63,008 nt of DNA, filler included, from Globobulimina sp. (GCA_003354225.1; 32 parts of 32 records of this genome joined end to end with filler, not necessarily neighbours in it), one strand, 5' to 3'; shown: positions 11,845 to 24,361, counted from the whole stretch's first letter. The notes: generated by a model from the sequence alone, not told the origin. Made by a program: numbers and translations.

Positions 11845-13596
11845 CCCCGTCGTTTACAGGAAGATGTAGCAAATCGTGGAGGGAATGGTATTGGATGTTA
11901 TACTGAATATAGTACCATGATAACTGGCATGAATGGAACTAGTCAGAATCAATTTGAAGAAATATGGTGTACCTTAGCAGATAGCAAAGTAAGCGCTAAA
12001 GATTTTACCGGTAAAAATTATTGCATAAAAGCAATAGAAAATAATCATTTTCAATTTATTGTTATGGGAACCATCAAAGATTACTTAGATTTTATTGGAA
12101 AAATTGATAGTGGTGCAGTATCACGAACAGACGTGTATATATTAGATAAGTTTTGTAGATATTTTTATCAAAATATGAAATATGAGCAAAATCATTCAGT
12201 AATTGAAAACTGGATGAAATATCAAACTGCATTACAAATTATTTCAACCTATCAAAAAGATGAAGATGCAGATATTGATATTGATATTGATATTGATCAA
12301 GAACAAGAACAAAAAGATGAAGATGAAGATGAAGATGTAGATATTGATATTGATATTGATATTAATCAAAAAGATGAAGATGTGACCATTAAATTTCGAA
12401 CTGATCCAATTATTTTTAAATTTCCGCATAGTAAGTTATTAGAATTATTTCATAGTGTTACTGAAAACGAAACAGGAATTATAGCGGCAGAAAAATTGCA
12501 TACGACAATGATTGATGATTTTGGAGCAAAATATAACAAAGAAATGAATTTATATGTTATCCCTCACAGTTGTGAACATTTAGTAGCGACTGATTATGTA
12601 GCATATATTTGGAATATAGAAAATAAGCAAACAATGTTATGGTCGATTGACGATATAAATCCGCATTATGCAGAATTACAATGTGATTCATTGTACACGC
12701 GAATAACTCGACGTGCTCTCAATTCCGCAATAAATCTACAATGTCTTTCCTTTTATGATGAATTAATAAGAAGATTTGATAACGGCACATTAATGAATTT
12801 TAATATTGAGAGATTTTCGTTAATATCTAAGGATAATATGCGTGACGCGATTAATTTACAAGGAGAACTTAATTGGGTAAATGAAGCAATACTAAAACCA
12901 TTTAATGACCTTGGTATTGACTTTAGTTCAGCAACCAAATTGCCAGCAACTCTCAAGAAACAATTGCAAAAACAAGGAGTGAAAAATGGGAAACCAATTG
13001 TTGCCATAGAACTTGATAGTATTGATATGTTTGAATTGATTGCATCTGTAGTGATTGGTGTCAAAAATTTTGGATCCAATGGCGACTTAAGTTATCATTT
13101 TCGAAATCATAAATGCATCACTCCGGAAGTTATGAGAAAAGTATTATATTTATTACAGGAGAAATCAATTATTAAAGTCATAACAAATAAAAGACAAATT
13201 AAATATGAGTTTAAACCATTGGTCGAAGCTAATACAAATGCATATAATTCGAATGCATTTTATTTATTACAACATTTAGAACATTCCGATGCAGCAGCCA
13301 AAGCAAGGATCGTCATTGGTGCTATCAATATAGAAACATTATTAACTCAAACAGAAACATCTGCGGATAACAAAGATCGAGTTAGAAATGCATACAAATA
13401 TTGTTTAAAGGAAGAAATTAGAGAACAAAAGGAATTTATTTCGGATTTATTTCAAGAATATGCCAGATTAGCACCAATATCCATTGCAGGTGGGAGATTA
13501 ACACCAACTAATCCAGCGATTCAAAAGGGAAGTAAAAGAAAACGAGACGATAAAAACAATAATTCAGGACCTAGTAAGAAGAAAGCTAAAAAATAA
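11845..13596 (+). CDS. DUF3987/YfjI-like (MCM-related AAA+) helicase module with winged helix and NLS, 5'-partial
   Basis: Frame open from the contig edge: PRRLQEDVANRGGNGIGCYTEY...LADSKVSAKDF...FQFIVMGT...DSGAVSR; lid-like RRALNSAINLQCL...ISKDNMRDAINL; C-terminal KRKR...KKKAKK. Confidence 0.55.
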   Translation, partial: PRRLQEDVANRGGNGIGCYTEYSTMITGMNGTSQNQFEEIWCTLADSKVSAKDFTGKNYCIKAIENNHFQFIVMGTIKDYLDFIGKIDSGAVSRTDVYILDKFCRYFYQNMKYEQNHSVIENWMKYQTALQIISTYQKDEDADIDIDIDIDQEQEQKDEDEDEDVDIDIDIDINQKDEDVTIKFRTDPIIFKFPHSKLLELFHSVTENETGIIAAEKLHTTMIDDFGAKYNKEMNLYVIPHSCEHLVATDYVAYIWNIENKQTMLWSIDDINPHYAELQCDSLYTRITRRALNSAINLQCLSFYDELIRRFDNGTLMNFNIERFSLISKDNMRDAINLQGELNWVNEAILKPFNDLGIDFSSATKLPATLKKQLQKQGVKNGKPIVAIELDSIDMFELIASVVIGVKNFGSNGDLSYHFRNHKCITPEVMRKVLYLLQEKSIIKVITNKRQIKYEFKPLVEANTNAYNSNAFYLLQHLEHSDAAAKARIVIGAINIETLLTQTETSADNKDRVRNAYKYCLKEEIREQKEFISDLFQEYARLAPISIAGGRLTPTNPAIQKGSKRKRDDKNNNSGPSKKKAKK

Positions 13597-13996
13597 AAGA
13601 GTTAGATTGTAAACACTTATTTAAATTCATAAATTAAATTAAAAAGTCAGATAAAAAAAAAAAAAAAAAAAATACATAAAGATGAAATGTTAAAGCTAAT
13701 TTCAAATTAATATTTNNNNNNNNNNNNNNNNNNNNNNNNNNNNNNNNNNNNNNNNNNNNTTAATTAATTAANNNNNNNNNNNNNNNNNNNNNNNNNNNNN
13801 NNNNNNNNNNNNNNNCTTTTTTTTGTCATTTTTGCTCTGCGATTTGCTTTGTTTATGCTTGACGACATGTGTTCGATTAATAATATTATACAGTATTTTC
13901 ACCAACGTTTATCTTGTGTTTTTAGCAACGTTTTCTGATTAATTCATGTTTGGCTAAGTTTTTCCACACTTTAAGTGAGGAAAAACTGTACGTGAA

Positions 13997-15688
13997 ATGA
14001 CTTCAAACTTGAACTCGTTAAAACGGCCACCTCGAGCACTTCCCGCCTTGTCATCTCCCACTTCGCGCTCTATAAACTCCGTACCACAAAGTCCTCCAAA
14101 AATACCACATTTGAATACACTCAAATCCAATAATCATAAACCACCGGCACCGGCACCAAACACTAACAACAACAACGAGAACGAGAATGAGTCCGTGCTC
14201 CCACCGCCCGAGTTAGCCCCATTAAACTCCCCATCTCCATCTCCCGATCGCTTCCGCGGTATAAAATTACCGCTTGGATGGCTGCAATGTCCTTTGCAAT
14301 TCAGTCAGCCACTGCGCGACCATCGCATTTTAGTTTGTAAGACGCCAATTGATGTTGAGATAGCTCAATATTTGCAAATTCCAAAAGAGAAACATTTTTT
14401 GCCGCACACCATCTACACCCTACCCAATAAGCACTATATTTGTAAACAGCAACAACAGCAATTATCAGCCACAAAGAAAAGAGTGGTCGGCTTAGTGGTC
14501 GACCTCACCAATCAAATGTATTACGATCAGATCTCGTTCAATAACGGAAAAAAAACAAACAAAGTCAAGCGGCGCATCATTACCATGGACGACACCACCA
14601 AACCAACAGAGAGCGAAACCTCTGGCTTTGTCGGCTTAATCAAGTCGTACTTGGATGCCACCAATAATAAGGACAAATGGATTGTGATCCATGACGAGTT
14701 AGGCTACGATTTGTGCGGTTTCATGTGCTGCGCCTTCATGGTGAAGGAACTCAACTATTCTGTCGATGCCGCTGTGTACGAATTCAGTAAGAATAGAAAA
14801 CCGGGCATCTATAACGTGCAATTAATTCGTTTGCTGCATGGAATGTTTTCTGACGCAGAGGATTTGGATGTATTTGAACAAATGCTTAAAATCAAACCGT
14901 TGTCGAAACCGACGTGGTTGCAATCTGGACGTGACTCTCAGAAATGTATCAAACGTAAAGTCAAAGCAGCGGCTGCTGCTACACCCAAACAGTCAGAATT
15001 TGCAGTACCAACCACATCGATATCGGTTCGACGCAAAAGATCCTTTTCAGAGATGTCTTTATCTTCAAATGGTATCTTCAAAATATATATAAACAACACA
15101 TGTTTGTACATATTTATATTGTTTTAATTCTATAACAGGTGGCAATAAAGCAAGTGCATACAAACCAGAAGCAGCGCATAACAGTGCCACGAATATCATC
15201 ATGGAACCGAAACTGCTACAAAAAGCTCCGTCGGACATCATAATGGAACCGACGTTGTTGGAACCGGCGTTGAAAAAGGCTCGGACGGATATTGTTGTTC
15301 ATATTCCGCGTGAATTGAAACAACAGCATTCGTATTTAATTGCAGTGGGTGCACAGCAGCAACACTTACAGCATTTGACCACAATCGCTCTACAATTATC
15401 TAAAAACAAAGACCTATTCCATTCAATCCAAAGCGCGCCAGTTACGATACCCAGCTCCTCGTTGATGGCATTGGCAACAAAATATCGCATTACATGGCTA
15501 ACGCGCGGGTATATATTTTGGTTGATGATTTTGGGCAAAAAAGGCTGTTTTTTTGTAGATCCGTCGTATTTATCCACTGGGAAATTAGGCGGAATTTACC
15601 ATATTCCAGGCACCATTTTCTATGATGGCGCGAATAATAAATATATGGACGGGACACTGTGTAGTGGCGAATTGGTGGTTGATAATAT
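13997..15688 (+). CDS. mRNA capping enzyme (RNGTT-type triphosphatase + guanylyltransferase) homolog with degenerate catalytic motifs; intron 15072-15138; 3'-partial
   Basis: GWLQCP, CKTP, GLVVDLTN, HDELGYDLCGF, FSKNRKPGIY, then YRITWLTRGYIFWLMI and GTLCSGELVVD, collinear with RNGTT. Confidence 0.85.
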
Positions 15689-16178
15689 NNNNNNNNNNNN
15701 NNNNNNNNNNNNNNNNNNNNNNNNNNNNNNNNTTAATTAATTAANNNNNNNNNNNNNNNNNNNNNNNNNNNNNNNNNNNNNNNNNNNNCATTCGTTGGTG
15801 ATGATGATAGTTCTGATGAGGATATTGAAGATGTTGATTAATTGTTTTAATCACCGACTTTGAATGTATTGTAAATTAAATTAAGCCCAAAACGTTTTTA
15901 TTTGAATTAATTATAGTCCGAAACGTTTTTATTTGCATTTATCGAGGTAGCAGTCATCAGTACGTCCCTAGTTGAATTATAATAACACAACGTTCCGATT
16001 TTTTTAATGGGAATATAATCGAACAAATTAGCGGATGGAAAGTTATAATTATATAGCGTACGTTTTGTCACTCTCTGGGTTGATAATGAAATTGCAAATT
16101 AATAATTAAAAGCACATATTACAAAAAAATAAAAAATAAAATAATAAATTTAAAATGTTGGAATATTTGGTTCCATTA

Positions 16179-17107
<929 letters not shown>

Positions 17108-17761
17108 TTTGGATGGGATGGATGGATTGATGTCTTTTCTTTTGTTTTGGTGCTATTAAAACTAAGAATGAAAAGAGAAAGTGAGGTGGTGTTTTTGTGT
17201 TTTTGGGTTGAAAAGTTTTAAAATGAGTGAGAGTCCTCGGCATCCCTGATTTAACATCCATGATAAATTGTTCTTATGGCAAAGATTTTGCCAATCCAAT
17301 CGAAAAGTTGAAGTCCGACCACCACAATGAAAATTAGCGCAATAGGTGTCTTCAAAACACTAAGAAATCCATCCTTTGTGTTTCTTTGATCGATGTGATT
17401 TTCTACGAAAGTGTTATATTTTGTGTGCAATGACATAATTATTAATTAATTGTGTACAGTAAAGTGCATCATAATTACCCTAAAACTGTTGATGCCTATA
17501 AATATATCGAGTGACATTTAAAAACAAACAAGAAAACAAAATTATGGAATGATTAGAGTTTTTTTTTTATTTTTGCAATAATTCAATAGTAAATATCTAT
17601 ATGCTATGATTGTACATTAATAACTAATTTAATACTGATCTGGAATCATTTTTGATTGTTCNNNNNNNNNNNNNNNNNNNNNNNNNNNNNNNNNNNNNNN
17701 NNNNNTTAATTAATTAANNNNNNNNNNNNNNNNNNNNNNNNNNNNNNNNNNNNNNNNNNNN

Positions 17762-18593
17762 GGTTAAATAAACAGGCACAGCGCTCGTGGACAGTGCCAT
17801 TGTATTTTAATAAAATGGCGGGATCCACCAACCAAATGTTGATTAATTCGTCCATACTTTCTTCGATTTGGTCAAATAATTGGATGGTTCCTTTATGTTT
17901 TTCTATGGCACCGTACAATAAAATCATTTCAGTTTCAACATTTTGTATCTCAGTCACGATTTGCTCGATGATGCTCGCATCGATATTCATTTCATAGCCA
18001 TCATTTTCTAATTTATGCGTTTCTTTCATTTCGCGGATACTCTTTGAAAGCGGAATGGCTATTTTTGGTTTGATATCGACATTAAATAAATTTGCGTTAC
18101 ATTCTGGATAATTTCTGTCAAATATATAAAGTGATTAATATGCAAAAAAATAGTATAAATAACTCAACGGATCGTTAGTATGGTGTTTTGGGGGAGGCAT
18201 AAAACCATAATTCAATCCAACACCAGTTGTGATTAAAGCAGTTGCGATTAAAACTAAAAGGCACAGAAAACAACAGGTGGTTTGATTTATGGATGATTTG
18301 CTGTTTGATGTATCTGAGTTTGATGATGATGCTAATATTTGTTGTGCTAATTTTCGGTCATCGACCGTCTCGAATTCATTTGTATAGACTGGATTGCCGT
18401 GATTGTCCTGATAAAAATTAAAAAATTGATCCTGTGGACTTATTTGTGATGTGTCATCAGCGTTATTTTCTTGTGGTTGTATTGCAGTGGTTTTCTCTTC
18501 GATTATTTCCTTTTCTTCTTCATTCTGCTCAATTTGAGGTGTTCCTGCTTCAAATATACTTTTTTCTTTTTCTTGAGATTCCGTTGCGCTCAT
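17762..18593 (-). CDS. Single-pass membrane protein, 3'-partial, one intron near 18115-18190
   Basis: Acidic N-terminus, TM CCFLCLLVLIATALITTGVGL, downstream exon in ORF 17706-18029. Confidence 0.55.
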
Positions 18594-18657
18594 TTTGGTA
18601 TTAAATGTTTTTGTTTTATTGAGTGAAGAAAAAAACTTTTATAAAAATGTAACAAAA

Positions 18658-19634
18658 TACGTAGCTCCAGAACTAATTCGAAATGTGTCGTATGGCACAC
18701 CCGTAGACTTATGGGCATTGGGCGTAATAATTTATTTGTTATTATGTGGCTTCCCACCTTTTTTTGATACCAATATAAAGAATATGTTCAATGAAATAAA
18801 AAAGGGCAAATTTCATTTCCCCTCACCTTTTTGGGACACCATCAGCGACGAAGCCAAGGATTTAATAAAAAAACTATTAAATATCGACGCTAAAAAAAGA
18901 TACACAGCGAAACAAACTTTGAGCCATCCCTGGATTACCGGGGAATTTGTAGCTGCAGAGGCAGACTCGTCGTATATTGACAATATACCATTGCCGCAGT
19001 CCGCAGTTGCATTATCAGACCGCGGTTATGATGAAAAACAACCAGAGCCATTGCAACAGTCCGCAATTACACTATTCTCGCATGTGCCGTCCTGCGTATC
19101 CTATACGTCTGTGACTGAGAATAATAATCCAATAAGTCTGGAAAACGAAGAGTCAGTGGTTGTGCATAAATCGGTGCTATCCACTGACGGTGTGATTGGC
19201 ACACCGATCAATGAAGAAAGTGCGGCTTATAATAAAATCACATTATTATCACCCAAATCGAATATTTATTTCGGTGATCATGTCGTACAGACACCGCCGG
19301 TGCCCTTTCATGTGGAAAGCGAGTTATTTCCAGATATCGATGAGGGGAACAATGAGATTGTGAGTACGAGTGTGGATTTGGATGATGGTAAAAAGAAGAA
19401 TAAGATTACGCGCGTCCGGGGCACCACAAATGTGGCGTATATGGTGGACGGCACTATATTTCAAATACAGAAACAGCAAATCAATAAATTGAAATTGGAG
19501 ATACAATTGGAACAAAAGACTTTGGTTAAATTGTCAAATAAGTTGCAAATTGAAAGACAGACATTTATTCGGGAAAGGAAGCAATTTGAAGTGGATAGGA
19601 AAGAATGGCAGACATTAAAAAAAGGATGGATTGA
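18658..19634 (+). CDS. CAMK-group Ser/Thr kinase, C-lobe and tail only (N-lobe absent)
   Basis: YVAPE, VDLWALGVIIYLLLCGFPPF, ISDEAKDLIKKLL, KRYTAKQTLSHPWI. Confidence 0.85.
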
Positions 19635-19758
19635 NNNNNNNNNNNNNNNNNNNNNNNNNNNNNNNNNNNNNNNNNNNNTTAATTAATTAANNNNNNNNNN
19701 NNNNNNNNNNNNNNNNNNNNNNNNNNNNNNNNNNCACAGTAGAACTAGCACTAATGGG

Positions 19759-21186
19759 TTATGAAAATGGTGTTTTAAGCTTGCAACTACACCTAACAAC
19801 ACGTATCGATGGATTTGCAAATGAGTACGAACCAGAAGGTGTCTTTGTATTTAATAAATATACATCGCCGTCTAACTTTGTTGATTGGATACGAGAAGTT
19901 TGATATATAAATTGTTTATCAATCCAGATCCATAATCGCCAGTCGCTCCATCGTGTTGGTGGACTTGCCTCAATATTTCCTTCTTGAATTACATAATTCT
20001 GATCATTATAAACCATCAATGCTCTCTGTCCAATATTGCCAATAATATGGTACTCTTCAAACAATTGTTTATTATATACACTTTCCTCATATGTTATCCA
20101 TGACAGTGAGTCATCATCGACTCCGAAATTCCGTAGTATGCCAAAAGCATTTTGATCCAAATGAGTTATCCCATCATTGTAATGAAATCCAACATAAACA
20201 TTTATACCGCTGTTATCGTCATTTCTCTCTGCATGCCATACCGATGGTGTTCCTTCCAATTCTGCCCCACATCCCAATGTCAATGAGGCATTATACGAAT
20301 ATCTATAATTGCCAGTCAATAAATCGTTTTCTGTTCAATATATTTTAAATGCAAGTCTTGATGGTGCTGCAGAATGAGGAGCCATCCATTGTTCGTGTAA
20401 TAATAATACAGCGTCATTATAATCAAAATGGAGCCTATACAAGAATGGCATGTCGGCATTTGGTAATAATTGAATTATATGCGTCCAATGGATCAAATCG
20501 GGTGAAGTGGATAAATGTATATTAAAAACATTTGTATCTGTATCCAATGTGTGATAAGCACCATAATATAGATCTTTATTTGTCATACTTTGAATTATAT
20601 GAATGCCATCCATAGAATTTCCGATAGAATCATGAGCTCCAAATCGAATATGACTGTGATTGATATTTATCAAATCGCCCAATATTGATTGTATATCTTC
20701 GATATAGTTTCTATTATTTGCTTCTTCTGTTTTTGCCATACAATATGATAATAAATTATTTGTCAGTTGCATTATATTAAAAGTTTGTGATTCTGAAATA
20801 TCTTTCATTGCATAAGGATAATACCAAGCAAGTTGAGTAATTATTTCATTTCGTTGGTCATTTAATGGCATTGTTGATAATTTTGATATTGTTGTTATGT
20901 TATAATACCATAAAGCATTCGATGCATAGCTGTATCCAATTAAGTCATTTTCTGACAATTGTTGCAAACTATTCTTTGTATCACTTGTTAATTTTGCCAA
21001 TTCAACAATTAGTGTATTTGTGCAATCTTCTTGACTCATTGATGATACTTGTGTTGGTGTTCTGTATGCCAAATATTCAACAGTTGGACATGTTGAGCAG
21101 ATATTCGATGTAATATCATTTGCATGATCAAATGTCATGCCATAAATTGAATTAAGTAGTATCATAATAAAAAAAAACATATACAT
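19759..21186 (-). CDS. Secreted protein with two helical repeats and a GH43-like beta-propeller, interrupted by one in-frame TGA (20335-20337)
   Basis: Signal peptide; ORFs 20335-21186 and 19759-20319 are in the same frame (AFKIY*TENDLLTG); HLSTSPDLIHW, EGTPS, GNIGQR, SFANPS. Confidence 0.6.
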
Positions 21187-21707
21187 GGTGAGGTGCTCAG
21201 TAAAAATGTTTTTGTCTCGTACAAAATATATTTATATGGTCTTTTGGGATATCGTTTAGCGTCCTGCATCTTATAATAATCACTTCTATTATGATTCTGT
21301 GTATAAAAAGCTTCGCCGTTTACTAAAAAAAACTTTCCTCACTTCTTCCTTTACGCTCTAATTCTAGAACCTAAACCCTCGCCACCTTCACAGTGTCTTT
21401 ACGATGCAAAAATCAGTCTCGTTCATTGTGAAACAGAAACACATCTTAAATATACGGAAAGAATGGAAAAGAGGATAGTAATATCAAGCAATACAAATAG
21501 AAAACAAACAGTATTGAACAGATACAAAACAACAAAGCCTTATGAAATACACCTCCTCCATCTAAACACAACGCATTACGTAAATATATCCCATCAACTT
21601 TCCAACANNNNNNNNNNNNNNNNNNNNNNNNNNNNNNNNNNNNNNNNNNNNTTAATTAATTAANNNNNNNNNNNNNNNNNNNNNNNNNNNNNNNNNNNNN
21701 NNNNNNN

Positions 21708-21831
21708 AGATTTTTATTGGGGCAAGGTATAAGCAAACCGTTTCTGGTGACTGATAAAGGTAAAAACAATATAGGTTTGCCTTCGTTTCTCAGAAACAAT
21801 AAAAATCTGACGCTGAAAACCGGATGCTCTT
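21708..21831 (+). mobile_element. MITE family A, copy 1 (left end cut by the contig edge)
   Basis: Near-identical reverse complement of 47095-47217. Confidence 0.85.
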
Positions 21832-22195
21832 TTATACACAAAAAACATAACACAAGAACATCTATTGCCACCCTAACAATATGAGACAATAAAAAGACTT
21901 ATACTAACTTTCATAATCATTGTCGTTCATGTTTATCAGCAACGAATCTGTTACCCTAGAACGTTTTTGACAGCCAGCAATTCATTTGTATATGGACGCA
22001 AAGTTCTAAAAGTCCTGGAATTCCTAAAAACGACAATGATTATGAAAAGAAATTGAGCGACAATGATTTTGAAAATTAGACAAACAAAGTTGTTGAAAAG
22101 GCAATTTTATAGATTCAAGTGGCTTTCGATGAGTCATGAAATGTTTTAAAAAAGTAGTCCTGCAGAGCGAGCGGGTATTGCTAAACAATCATAAT

Positions 22196-23259
22196 TTAAA
22201 GTTTACTCTTTGTTTTATTCTTTTTTCTTTTCGATTTAACTCCTTTAATAACTTGCCTCATCATTGCATTCCCAAAGTACATATTCCCTCTTTCACCACC
22301 ACTCATTAACCACTGTCCTCCGTCAACCACCAATATTTCGCCTGTTATATACGACGCAGCATCACTTACTAAAAAAACACATGCGTCGGCAATTTCTTTT
22401 TTAGTCCCTGCCCTTTGTAATGGTATCGATGCCTTTAACGCTTGCTGTATTTTTTTATTTTGCATCATAAATCCACCCAAATTCTCCATTCCCTGCGTAT
22501 CACCGATTGGTCCCGGCGCAATCCCCACAGTTCTTATTCCATAACGACCCCATTCCTGAGCGGCATGCCTCAACAATGCATCTGCGGCAGCTTTAGCTCC
22601 GCCTGCATGATATTGCAACATCTCACCTTTGTAATGCAATGTGGCGGAAATGTTTACAATAACCCCACATTTGTTGGCTTTCATAGATTGTTTAAAGACT
22701 TGCTGCGTTGCATAAAAAGTACCAAATGCATCAATCTCAAACACTTTTTTCATTGCATTTACTGATAATTCCTCAATCTCACATAGAAAATTACCCGCTG
22801 CTCCATTTACTAAATATGAAATTGTCAATGCAATGCATTGTAAAATGTCCATATACAACATACCCAAAATATCAATGCGCGGAAATGTTTTTAATATGTT
22901 TGTGACTGTATTTGCGACTTGCTGCGGATCGGTGATATCCATTTGGTGATAGATGCATTTCGTGTTATTGTTTTTGCCGACTTTCTGATTTAATTCATTT
23001 GATGCGTGAATAAGACGGGGTGCGGAGCGAGAGGCAATGGCTACATTGCATCCATGGCGCATTAGAGCTTCAGCACAGCGAAAATTTATACCTGAACCAC
23101 CACCGGTTACAAATGCATATTTGTTTGATAATATTGTTGGTTTAAATATTGAATTGTATGTATCCTGTTCAATTTGTTGGCATGCATATTCTATCAATAC
23201 ATGGGTTGTTATGGAGCTAAATAATATAATACCAAGCATCTATCTGGGAAGGCTGACAT
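22196..23259 (-). CDS. DECR2: Peroxisomal 2,4-dienoyl-CoA reductase (SDR family) with a PTS1 signal
   Basis: TGGGSGI, NGAAGNF, NISATLH, AKAA, IAPGPI, VVDGG and C-terminal SKL; introns 23165-23232 and 22810-22863. Confidence 0.88.
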
Positions 23260-24085
23260 GCTGTGTAATGTGCTTGAGAAATATAGTAGAAAACCAAAAG
23301 TAAACATTTCATGCAATTATACGTTTGTTATAACTTTGCGCTGGATTTGCAAACCCAAGATAAAGTTATAACAAACACAACTGTGTAACAAATCCAAGTG
23401 GCCAAATATCAGCGATGTTGTTAACTTCGAGTAGAAATCCATATGTTGTAGCTTCCTTAATTTTTGGAAGGAAAATAGGTTAATAATAAAATGTTAATGG
23501 TTCCCGATGAAACACAACCTTTAAGAATTCAATTTTGACTTTCAATGTTTTTATTTTGAATAATCTGTAAAAAACTGTANNNNNNNNNNNNNNNNNNNNN
23601 NNNNNNNNNNNNNNNNNNNNNNNTTAATTAATTAANNNNNNNNNNNNNNNNNNNNNNNNNNNNNNNNNNNNNNNNNNNNATCATTTTGTTTATTTTGCTT
23701 TTCCAATGAATTTAATTTGATTAATTTTTTATTATATTCAAATAACAAATTTTTATATTTATACTGCAAAGCGTTGAACTTTTTGTGTAATTCAATATTT
23801 TATGAGCCGTAACCCATTGTTTTATATACTTTTTACCTTATTTATTCTTTCATTTTTTTCTATGTATAGATACATTGCAAATTTGCTATTTTGTATATTT
23901 TGTTTTGTTTATGAAAGAGTCCGCATTCGTTTTACATACTTTTTTATGATTTTTTGCTTTTATTATATGGTGTTTTTGTTATTATGTTTTTTCGTTTGTG
24001 TTTTATTTTTGTTTCACAGCAAGTTGTGAAAGACTCAAAGTTTTTTGAATTTTTATCAAGAAACTTTCAGTATTTACCTTTCACC

Positions 24086-24140
24086 TTAATTTATAAAGTG
24101 TGAATCAGTCCTTATTTGGACGAAACTAGTCACTAATTAA
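24086..24140 (+). ncRNA. Minimal type I hammerhead ribozyme-like motif (G3/C8 variant)
   Basis: agt-GTGAATCA-gtcc(ttattt)ggac-GAA-ACTAGT-C-act: 4-bp stem II, palindromic ACTAGT, stem I agt/act plus ttaatt/aattaa. Confidence 0.65.
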
Positions 24141-24361
24141 TTGACAAATTGCTTAGTATTTCGTTGAAGAGTGAATCTCGTCGCTAAATATAGATAATTC
24201 TATCCATTTAGTTCCACGTCTCCCCCTTATATCCATTCGTTGGAAGCTACCTCAACAACAACAATTTGCATCGCAAGATTGCAAATAAACTAAATCATTA
24301 CGATATCATTCATCGAACAATTTGAAGAATTAATTCAATTCATTCAATTATCATCAAAATC

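Noticed and set aside
15790-15841. C-terminus DEDIEDVD* resembling the Hsp70/Hsp90 EEVD motif
   Set aside because: Only about 16 codons are visible, too short to assign
24021-24070. Possible second hammerhead (gtgaaaga...gaaactttc)
   Set aside because: No convincing stem II or stem I pairing
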